Positions 21,616 through 29,909 of a stretch of 64,000 nt of DNA are shown here, one piece after another; within the stretch, counting starts at the first letter, position 1; every line of letters begins with the position of its first letter. The stretch lies in NCBI GenBank assembly GCA_000004985.1, contig GG738894.1; one strand, given 5' to 3'. The position numbers and the translations under genes were made by a program. Source of the stretch: Naegleria gruberi. Its lineage: Eukaryota. Under the pieces are notes generated by a model. It was not told the origin of the DNA and searched no databases. It saw only the letters and a program-made list of their open reading frames with translations.

Positions 21616-21998
21616 TTTTTAATATTATGAAGAGGTATTTCCACTTTGTTATTATCCCACCCTTCGATTTTTGACAATTGAAAGATGTAATGATAGTTGG
21701 AAGTTTGTTTGTTGAAGCAAGTTTAGTTTCGAATAGATTTGTTTCTTTGTTTCTTTGACAAGGTTTATTCTTGATTGTTTTTATGGAGAAATGATTAGTT
21801 TTAAAAGATGTTCCTCAAAGTAAGTGAGTGTATAATAATTTGTAAAGATTCAGTGTAATACTTTACAAAACTTGTCATTCCGTTCAATATTCTCAAAAGA
21901 GATGTGAATAACAGTTAAATTGGCCTCTTTTGTTTCCAAGATTTCAATTGTCACAAAAGGCGCCGTTACAAACCGTTACACAAATTTTTGAATTTAAA

Positions 21999-23360
21999 AT
22001 GAAAATCTGCCAGCTATCATTCTCATCAACAAACAACAAAAAAATGTCTAACAAGCTTTTTGGATCCAAACAACAACACTCCTCTCCACCACCAGCATTC
22101 TACTACAATCCAAACTCTGAGAATATTCCTCCATCCAATGTTCTCACCAGTCCACGTAAGAATGCCAATACTCCACAAAAAGTTTCCACACCAAGAAAAA
22201 TGTTGGCCAACATGAAAGCTAAAGTTCTCCGTAAGCCATTCACTGCTACCGAAGAAGAGAATTATCAAAATGATGCTACTAGCACTTCATCATCTGGTTC
22301 AGCTGAAGAACAAGTTCCAGTCACTCCACAAAGAAGAAACACTTGTGAAGATGAAATTGTTTCAATGGATGAAGCTTTGGCTAAACGTTCACCAGAGGCC
22401 ATTCCAATTTCTATGGATGATTCCTCACACAAGATTGTCCAAGTTGAAAAGAAGCTTTTGAAGAAGGCCTCTGCAGCTCAATTGGAAATCTCCTCTGATG
22501 ATGTCAATTTGGAAGAAGTCCACAAGGATCTTGTCAACATGTCTGAACAATTAAGTGCCTGTGTTTTCGATAAGCAATTCAGTGATTTTGTTATTCAATG
22601 TGGTCCAGGTAATGCTACCAAGTATTACGTTCATCGTTTCATTCTCTCAAGCCGTTCAGCATACTTCCGTGCCTTGTTGAGCTCAACTGCCTCAGTTACA
22701 GGTGATATCCAATCTAATAAGCAACGTTACACTTGGGAACGTGAAGATATTCATCCAGAAATCTTTGGAAGAGTTTTGGAATACATGTACACTGGTCAAA
22801 TCAAATTGAGATTGGACAATGTTTTGGATGTCTTTGTACAATCTGAAGAATTTGGCATTCCATGTTTGAAGAAGTTGTGTGAAAATTACTTGATCGCCCA
22901 TGGTGACTATGAAAATATGGCTCAATTGTTGGAAATGGCCATTGAAAATAAGGCTCAAGAGTTGGTCAAGCACTGTTACAAGTACATTGACGAACATATT
23001 AAGAGAGTTCTCAAGTCTGAAACTATTAAGAATGTCAAGACATCAACCATTATCCAAATCATTTCTCGTGATTCGCTCCAATTGGAACCTTTGGAAGAAG
23101 TTTTGGTCTTTGAAGCTGTTCAAAAATGGGCTGAATTGAGAAAGCATTTGCCATTCGAAACTCCAAATATTTCAAAGATTATTGAACACGTTAGATATCC
23201 ATTGATGAGTTCTGAACAATTGGCCAACGTTGTTGAACCAACTCAACTTGTTCCTCAACATCCATTGTTATTCGAAGCTTACAAGTATCACTTGGTTAAG
23301 GATAAGAGCTCTAATCAAGCTCCAAGATTCAGAGCTAGAGCTGGTGCCTCTTCTCAATAG
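21999..23360 (+). CDS. BTB/POZ domain protein with a BACK-like C-terminal region. The start is uncertain.
   Basis: The N-terminus is Ser/Pro-rich. The BTB core is FSDFVIQCGPGNATKYYVHRFILSSRSAYFRALLSS...VLEYMYTGQIKL. The track start at 21930 is a TTG. In-frame ATGs at 21999 and 22044 are both preceded by A-runs. An upstream mini-exon (atgttcctcaaa|GTAAGT at 21809) could splice in-frame to 21915. Confidence 0.65.
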   Translation: MKICQLSFSSTNNKKMSNKLFGSKQQHSSPPPAFYYNPNSENIPPSNVLTSPRKNANTPQKVSTPRKMLANMKAKVLRKPFTATEEENYQNDATSTSSSGSAEEQVPVTPQRRNTCEDEIVSMDEALAKRSPEAIPISMDDSSHKIVQVEKKLLKKASAAQLEISSDDVNLEEVHKDLVNMSEQLSACVFDKQFSDFVIQCGPGNATKYYVHRFILSSRSAYFRALLSSTASVTGDIQSNKQRYTWEREDIHPEIFGRVLEYMYTGQIKLRLDNVLDVFVQSEEFGIPCLKKLCENYLIAHGDYENMAQLLEMAIENKAQELVKHCYKYIDEHIKRVLKSETIKNVKTSTIIQIISRDSLQLEPLEEVLVFEAVQKWAELRKHLPFETPNISKIIEHVRYPLMSSEQLANVVEPTQLVPQHPLLFEAYKYHLVKDKSSNQAPRFRARAGASSQ

Positions 23361-24107
23361 ATATTTTCGTAAGATTCCAATTTTACCTACACTCAAATAA
23401 TTGAACATCTCCAAATGGAGGAGATGTTTGTAAATAGATCATTCATGATCATCACCATCAAATTATTACATCTAGGAAACAAGATGGCACTTGGCAATTA
23501 ATCTTGTCAATTTCCAATCTTTAATAAATCTCTCTAGGAATTACAAATTAAATCAATATTTGCTTCTTCTTTCAATGAAATGCATACACATATGGTGAAT
23601 CATCATGTTGCACCACATTGTTTCACATTCTCCAATTTTGTAGTTATTCAAAGAAGAAACAACTGTAGTTTGTTGATCCTTCAAATATTTTTGTAAAATG
23701 TAGTGTTCACTTCATCCTTTCCAAACTATGACCAATATTGATTGGAATGATGATTAATTCTCCCTTTAAACAATAGTGATAAACTCGAATGTCAGCACAT
23801 CTCTCCACTATTAGTTGTATTGAGAAGGTATTTGCTTTATCTAACACAATGATGACAATGATGACGAAGGTCCTTACATTTGAAGTAATATTTGAAAATT
23901 CAATAATTCGTCGTCTGTTATTATTGAAGAAGGCTTGCAAATGGCCACCTCAAAAAAGACGCGAAAATTTTCATATCATCATAACGGTAATTTTTCATTG
24001 AAGGGTTGTAGGGAAGGTTTTGGTAAAATTCAATGCATTGATAACGTGCTTTGTTAGCCAACCCAATAAAAAAATTTAAAAAAAAAATATTTTACATCAT
24101 AACACAA

Positions 24108-24965
24108 ATGTACTCCTTCGCTACTCTCTACAAACCAGTCAAGAGCATCCTCTCCACTGATTCTGCTGACAAGGTTTCCATCTCTGTTTCCACCAAGGCT
24201 AACCCAGACTTCTCTGTTGCTGTTAGAGGTGCTAGAGCTAACGCTGATGGAAAGGTTGAATCCTCTCTCTCATGGAGCCAAAAGCTCAAGCAAGGTGGTG
24301 TTGCTTACACTGTTAACGGATCTTTGGATCAAGATGCCACTGTTGGTGTTACCGTTGTTGCTTCTGGTGTTGCTAAGGGTTTGAATGCTGATCTCTCAAG
24401 CAAGATGAAGACTGCTTGTGCTGATAACAAGGTCACTGGTAATTTGGATTACACTGCTGAAAAGTTCCACTTGACTGGTAACTTTGACCATACTTGTGGT
24501 GGTGCTCTCCTTTTGACTGCTACTGCCACTGCTCAAGTTGTTGAAGGTTTGGTTGTTGGTGGTGATGCTCAAATCAAGGCTTTGCCAAAGGAAGCTAACC
24601 CACTCAAGAAGTACACTGTTGGTGCTAGATACTCCATGAAGAATATTGATGTTGCCACACAATTGGAAGATTCTTTGAAGAAGATCAGAGTTGGTTATGC
24701 TCAAAAGATTGACGATAGTGTCTCCGTTGCTGGTGAATTTGCTCACGAACTTAAGAGTGACAAGGCTCCAGTTTTCACTCTCGGTACTCAATACAAGATT
24801 GATAGCGATTCTTCCATCAAGGCTAACATTAACACTAAGGGTATTGCTAATGCCACTTACTCTTTGACTGTTAACCCACGTTTGACTACTTCTATTTCTG
24901 CTGAAGCTGATGTCTTTGCTAAGAATGTTTCAAAGGTCGGTCTCTCCATCAATTACAGTGCTTAA
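24108..24965 (+). CDS. Mitochondrial outer-membrane porin (VDAC).
   Basis: The protein starts MYSFATLYKPVKS... with aaaATG at 24108; the ORF extends upstream without an ATG context. It shows alternating beta-strand periodicity throughout. The C-terminal block KAPVFTLGTQYKIDSDSSIKANINTKG...GLSINYSA resembles the Dictyostelium porin C-terminus recalled from memory (KAPSFNVGTQYKIDSASLLKA). The overlapping ORF 24396-24791 on the minus strand is antisense noise. Confidence 0.8.
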   Translation: MYSFATLYKPVKSILSTDSADKVSISVSTKANPDFSVAVRGARANADGKVESSLSWSQKLKQGGVAYTVNGSLDQDATVGVTVVASGVAKGLNADLSSKMKTACADNKVTGNLDYTAEKFHLTGNFDHTCGGALLLTATATAQVVEGLVVGGDAQIKALPKEANPLKKYTVGARYSMKNIDVATQLEDSLKKIRVGYAQKIDDSVSVAGEFAHELKSDKAPVFTLGTQYKIDSDSSIKANINTKGIANATYSLTVNPRLTTSISAEADVFAKNVSKVGLSINYSA

Positions 24966-25129
24966 ATTTACAACCTAGATTAAAAACTAAATTATAAAAC
25001 AAATAAAGCTGAGTAGGGAGCTTTGTGTAAAATAAGAGCCAACGATTGTTATTTACAAAATAATTTATTTTCTTTTACATCTGTTCCTGTATCAGTATTT
25101 ATTTACCTTTTGATTAGTGTTGAATCGAT

Positions 25130-25220
25130 GGTGAGTTGGTCGAGTGGTCTAAGACGACACGTTAAGGTATGATTAATACCGTGTTCCGCAAGGGCGTGGG
25201 TTCAAATCCCACACTCATCA
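25130..25220 (+). tRNA. tRNA-Leu (anticodon AAG) with an 11-nt intron at 25168..25178.
   Basis: The acceptor stem pairs GGTGAGT with ACTCATC. The D-arm is GTC/GAGTGGTCTAA/GAC. The anticodon stem pairs ACACG with CGTGT. The loop is TTAAGG|intron|C, which places A-A-G at positions 34-36. An 11-nt long variable arm, TCCGCAAGGGC, is consistent with a type II tRNA. The T-arm is GTGGG/TTCAAAT/CCCAC. The gene is followed directly by gTTTTT at 25222-25226. Confidence 0.85.
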
Positions 25221-25221
25221 G

Positions 25222-25226
25222 TTTTT
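25222..25226 (+). terminator. Pol III T-run terminator downstream of tRNA-Leu.
   Basis: TTTTT lies immediately 3' of the discriminator base. Confidence 0.6.
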
Positions 25227-25422
25227 AATTTAATGATCAAAATAAAATTTTATCTTCATTGCCATCAAAAATCATTTTAGTACTTTGTCAATCTTATTTC
25301 CTCTCACACCATTATTGTAGCGCGGAAGCAAGGTAATCCATCGAAAATCAATGGTGAGGTTGAACACGTGTTCAGATCATCAAACAAATATCAAGAGCTC
25401 GGAAAATTGCGATATAAAAAAA

Positions 25423-26274
25423 ATGTCTAAAAAGCAAACTACTGAAAAAAAGAGTGAACCTACAGTTGAAAAAACCACTGTCACCTCTGTTGGTAAATCA
25501 ACAAAGGAAGTTGTTAAAGGAAAGAGTTGGGGTAGAATTATTTTTAGTTCATACATTACTCTTGTAGTATTGTTGATTTTATTCTTGATCCTTCACCTCG
25601 CACACAATCACTTGGTTTACCAATCAAATCTTGTCACTCAACATGACTCTAGATTGAAGAGATTGTACAAGGAAGGAGAAAGAGCTGCACCTCTCTTCTC
25701 TCAAAATGTTAATGTTCTTCCACCTGCCATTGTTAATCCAATCAATCAAGTCATCAGATTAATTAATGATAATCCAAAAGTTAAAGAATTGAATATTAAT
25801 ATTCCTCTCTTCCCAATTAATGAATTTGTTGAAATTAATATTAGAGTTTCTTCAATCCCATTCATTGCTTTACTCATTGCTTTTGCCTACACAATGACTT
25901 CTAAAGTTCCAGTCATTTTGGGTCAAATCATTGAAGGAAATGGTAAATTGGACAATGATACTCCAAGAGAACAACAATCCAAGTTGACTGGATTCGGATC
26001 AAGAGCTTTGGGTGCTCACAATAACGCATTCGAAGCTTTGATTGGTTTTGGTATTATTGTTGCTGTCACTTTGCTCAGAATTAATGGTGATTCTAGTGAA
26101 CGTGCCTCATTGTTGGCTCTTTCATTGGTTAAGGAATCAATTTGTTTCATTGCTGCTAGAACTGTCTTCCAAATTGTTTATGTTTTGGGTTTCCCAGGAT
26201 TTATTAGAACTTTGGTTTGGGCTTTCGGATGGATTTCTGTTCTCTCATTGTACATTCAAAATGCTGTTTATTAA
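25423..26274 (+). CDS. Multi-pass membrane protein, possibly MAPEG-superfamily-like.
   Basis: The ATG at 25423 is in the context aaaaaaaATGtct; the track start is further upstream. There is a K/T-rich N-terminus followed by predicted hydrophobic helices. The segment SRALGAHNNAFEALIGFGIIVAV weakly resembles the R-x-H-x-N-x-x-E block of MAPEG proteins. Confidence 0.5.
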   Translation: MSKKQTTEKKSEPTVEKTTVTSVGKSTKEVVKGKSWGRIIFSSYITLVVLLILFLILHLAHNHLVYQSNLVTQHDSRLKRLYKEGERAAPLFSQNVNVLPPAIVNPINQVIRLINDNPKVKELNINIPLFPINEFVEINIRVSSIPFIALLIAFAYTMTSKVPVILGQIIEGNGKLDNDTPREQQSKLTGFGSRALGAHNNAFEALIGFGIIVAVTLLRINGDSSERASLLALSLVKESICFIAARTVFQIVYVLGFPGFIRTLVWAFGWISVLSLYIQNAVY

Positions 26275-26393
26275 ATTGTTAAATTATAATAATTGATTGA
26301 ATACAATTAACAAAAAAAAAATAACAAGTTCTTTCAAACTTTACCTAGAGTCATATTATGTTTTCAGATGTAATCATTTTTATTTTTCAGCAA

Positions 26394-26467
26394 GCCTTCC
26401 TAGCTCAGTTGGCAGTAGCGCTGTCCTAGTAAGACAGAGGTCTTGGGTTCGATTCCCAAGGGAGGCA
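26394..26467 (+). tRNA. tRNA-Thr (anticodon AGT), without an intron.
   Basis: The acceptor stem pairs GCCTTCC with GGGAGGC. The anticodon stem pairs CTGTC with GACAG, and the loop CTAGTAA places A-G-T at 34-36 with U33 and A37. The T-arm is TTGGG/TTCGATT/CCCAA. It is followed by aaTTTTT at 26470-26474. Confidence 0.9.
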
Positions 26468-26759
26468 AATTTTTAACAGGTTTATTCAACCCACAACAAG
26501 CTAGATTGCAGCACGGGATCCCGCCTAAACTCGGAAATATTTCAACCAATTCTCTAAGAAATCTACCATCTTTCAGCAATTCCACACCATACAATCTTAA
26601 TTGTTCTTCTGGAATTGTTTTGAGAGCCATAATGATTATTTCTCTATCATCTCTGCACTCTAATGGTAACTGATGTAAGGGCTGGGTCACTCCAGACAAA
26701 CTTTCAAGCACTAACTCTCTATCTTGTAATAATTTCTTTGGAAAATGATTGAGAATGTA
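26400..26759 (-). other. In-frame continuation ORF of 120 codons. It encodes further DUF4116-like repeats beyond the single TAG and runs antisense through tRNA-Thr.
   Basis: It is in the same frame as the upstream CDS and reads YILNHFPKKLLQDRELVLESLSGVTQPLHQLPLECRDDREIIIMALKTIPEEQLRLYGVELLKDGRFLRELVEIFP.... It is stop-free until a TAG at 26400-26402, inside the antisense tRNA. Its status is unresolved and it may be an exon, a pseudogene tail or the product of a sequencing error. Confidence 0.35.
26470..26474 (+). terminator. Pol III T-run terminator downstream of tRNA-Thr.
   Basis: TTTTT lies 2 nt after the discriminator. Confidence 0.6.
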
Positions 26760-27924
26760 CTAAGGTTTGCTTTTAGATTTTACCATTCTTGTCAATTCCT
26801 TATTCTTGTATCGCTCGCTTAGTGAATAGTAGGCATGTGGACACACAGATAAAACTGTTTCGACAAATACATTATTGTACACCAGGTCTGAAATTATATT
26901 GGACAAAATTAAGGGTTCAAAAAAGAAAAATGATGGATACTCTACCTTTTGGCATAAAGTAGAAAATATAATATCCAAGAGAGTTATGTTTTGCAACTAG
27001 TTGCAATAGAAAATCAACATTTTTCCACACAATACGCGGAAGATGGGCTATATCACTTTCGCTCCTCGATACACAATTCGTAACAATTTCCAAGTTTGAT
27101 CTCCATATTTCTGGAACTTGTGAAAGAGGTAAATGGCTTTTCGAAAACCTTTTTACAATTTCAAAGTTTTCACAATATTTCTTTGGAAATTGTAAGAAAC
27201 TTTCTGGATTGGCTCGTGTACATTTTTCAATAAAACTGTAATCATTCCTCAATCTTTCAGATAATTTACCAATGAAAGAGGTATTGTATCGTTTAGCTCT
27301 GATAACTATTTCTCCATCATCAAGAAAATCTTCCAAATCCTTATAGGCAACATAGTATTGAAATTTCATCACTTCCAACATGATTTCTCTATCCTTTTTA
27401 AATTGGATTGGTAGAAAACCATAGGGCAGCTGACTCTTAACTGCTCTCAACACAATTCTCCTATCCATTTTCATATTATCTGACAAATATTGATAGGAAG
27501 TAAAATTTGAATTTACAGCTTGGTAAGCAATTTGAAAATCATCACAAAATGCATGACCTTTCGGTAAAAACTGTAGACTAGAACCATTTTTCGAAACAGC
27601 AGCAAGTACCACATCATAATCATTACAAAAATTAGTAAATTTACATAAATAACCGGCCCACGATTTTACAAGTTCCATTGCAACAAATTTTTCATTCAAT
27701 AGCATGGGAGGAATAATTAAACGTCTGATGGCTCTCTTCTTTCGGGATTTTCTAATATTAACTAAAATCATTTGATAATTGACATGAAGAGCTACTGCTT
27801 CTTCAGATTGTTCTTGAATTTTGTCTTGTAATACATTGTAAAGTTTAGAATGATCATTGTGCATTGGCTGACCTGTATTTTCTAAATGTAAAGCAATATC
27901 TGAATAGTGATTGTTGTGAATCAT
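26760..27924 (-). CDS. DUF4116-repeat protein. Supported exons are 26946..27924 and 26784..26887 with a 58-nt intron at 26888..26945. The reading is terminated by TAG at 26760-26762.
   Basis: The ATG at 27922-27924 is in an A-rich context. Repeats of the DUF4116 type are AAVSKNGSSLQFLPKGHAFCDDFQIAYQAV, LRAVKSQLPYGFLPIQFKKDREIMLEVM and others. The donor is ccaaaag|GTAGAG in phase 1 and the acceptor is aatttcag. The downstream exon, DLVYNNVFVETVLSVCPHAYYSLSERYKNKELTRM..., matches the frame of track ORF 26760-26996. Confidence 0.6.
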
Positions 27925-28154
27925 TTTTTTTTAATTGAAATTTTAAATTTTGGAGAAATAGTAAGACGAAATTGACTTTTTTATTATTAGAATTGAGTGG
28001 ATATTTGAGGATGCATTAAAGCAGCTTTCTAACATTTTCTAATGTTTGTTCGCAACCCAGTTGTAGTCTATGGGTCAATACAACTAAATTGTGGAAGATA
28101 ACTTAATATTCATTGCAAGAAATGCGAGTTCAGCATCAGAAACTTAAAGTTGGA

Positions 28155-28853
28155 TTAATATAATACAAATTGAAAATAATTCTTTGCTTCAAGTAATAAT
28201 TTGTCTAATGGAATAGGATCAAACGAATCATTTGCAATCTTTTTGGGGAAAAGTGAAGACATTTCATCACAATTATGAGAGCTCGAATAGGTCAATCCTG
28301 GCATTCCATAAAATGCTTGAGAGTCGGCATTTCCAAGGTAAAGGAATTCGAATTTGTTAATTAATAAAATGATAATATCAAAATCTAAATCCACTTTGTG
28401 GTAGAGACATATTTTCCCACATTTTCTATATTCGATAGTAAATTGATCCAATCTATCAATATTGTTTTCACTGAAATATAGTGAGTTTGGTTCAAGGAAG
28501 TGAATCTTGTTCACTATTCCAACAAATGAATCGCTTTCTCTTATAAACTCATCCAAAATTTCAATAGCCAGTTTAGAATAGGATTTCTCACATTTTTCAT
28601 CAAGTAGATTATGGCTAGGACCAACTTCCAAACACTCATGATGAGAATCAACAAACAAATGTCTATAATTAATGACTGGCAAATGAGCAAAACATCCCTC
28701 ATTACAAACATGCCTTGCCAGTTTCTTTTGAAGCATTACGAAACTTTCTTTTCCATTATTATTCGAATTAATATTTTCATCATCATCGTCATCATAACTA
28801 ATAATCATCAAATCAGAAAATGGTGATGGCAAATCATCCTGAATTATTAACAT
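28155..28853 (-). CDS. Hypothetical protein of 232 aa.
   Basis: It is a clean ORF with an ATG at 28851-28853. It lies 18 nt from an N run, so its upstream region is unsequenced. Confidence 0.45.
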   Translation of the reverse strand: MLIIQDDLPSPFSDLMIISYDDDDDENINSNNNGKESFVMLQKKLARHVCNEGCFAHLPVINYRHLFVDSHHECLEVGPSHNLLDEKCEKSYSKLAIEILDEFIRESDSFVGIVNKIHFLEPNSLYFSENNIDRLDQFTIEYRKCGKICLYHKVDLDFDIIILLINKFEFLYLGNADSQAFYGMPGLTYSSSHNCDEMSSLFPKKIANDSFDPIPLDKLLLEAKNYFQFVLY

Positions 28854-28870
28854 TTTCCTCCGTTTGTTAT

Positions 28871-28920
28871 NNNNNNNNNNNNNNNNNNNNNNNNNNNNNN
28901 NNNNNNNNNNNNNNNNNNNN
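28871..28920. other. Assembly gap of 50 N, the conventional placeholder size for an unknown-length gap.
   Basis: A literal run of n. Confidence 1.
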
Positions 28921-28921
28921 C

Positions 28922-29909
28922 GGATAGAGATGGAAATAATATTGTAATAATATTAATCCGTTTAACATGGAATTTTTACATAAATAAGCACTTTTTGGAA
29001 TTTTGCTTTGGCTTAATCAATTTCTGTTTAAGAGATTCCAAATATTCCACATCAAGTTCAATAATATTCTTTAACAGTTTTAAACCCAAATCGGTTCCGC
29101 TTAGTAATCTCACACAATCTAAGAATATTTCTTCCACATTTATGTTAAACTTGGCACTTGTCACAGAGGTATTTAACAATTCATATTGACTAATCTTGTC
29201 ATTCACAACTTGTTTAGCTTTCTCAGTAATTTCCCTCTTTTCTTCCTTCTCTTCTTCTGTGAAATCATCAACCTTATTCAATGCAAAAATTATTGGAATA
29301 CTTTTTAATTGTTCGATTCCTCTAACTCGAGCCATGAATTCCATATGATATCCTAAAGAGCAATCATCTATTGAACTAGGATCTGTCAGAGAGCAAACAA
29401 CTACAATACAATTGGAATTACAAAGGCATTGCTCTTTAAATAAATTACTTTCATACTCCTCATGTCCATCTACGAGAACTCCAAAATTTTGTAAATAATT
29501 GTTTTACTTACAGAAATCGAAAATATTAAATAAATATTGATCTCCACCAATTTCCACATATTTTCTGTAATTATCATCAATTGTTGGGGTGTTGTGTTCA
29601 AGGAAATTTCCCTGAATGAATTGAATAATTAGCGAACTTTTACCTAATTATTTCGAATAGGTTTAATTCAATAATAAACTCACCAACTCCTCCATCTCCA
29701 AGGAGAAGAATCTTAATTTCTTCATCATGATATTCATTTTCATTTCTAGTGATGGGAACTGTACTTAAAAATTGTTTCGTATAAAGTGTTAGAATAATCT
29801 TTCTTCGGAGATTTCCTATTTCCACCATTTGATTTTTAACTTGATCAAATTCTTCTCTGTTTTTCTCTTTAATTCTAACTTGACTTTCGAATAATTTCCA
29901 CCAAATATT
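28922..29909. repeat. Copy 2 of the duplicated segment, identical to 8140..9122. It contains exon 3, exon 2 and part of exon 1 of a second F-box-like/Ras-GTPase gene copy, truncated by the gap.
   Basis: Identity begins 2 nt after the 50-N gap and continues to the first base of the 19-kb gap. The minus-strand ORF 28976-29344 is identical to 8194-8562. Confidence 0.9.

Noticed and set aside
22026-23139. Short ORFs overlapping the BTB gene, and 23707-24001 between the BTB and porin genes.
   Set aside because: They have no start context or homology and overlap a well-supported CDS or a 3' UTR.
24900-26900. A retrotransposon or other mobile element next to the tRNA genes.
   Set aside because: I searched the flanks for RT, RNase H or integrase-like ORFs, LTRs or A-rich tails. 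Only the MAPEG-like and DUF4116 genes are present.
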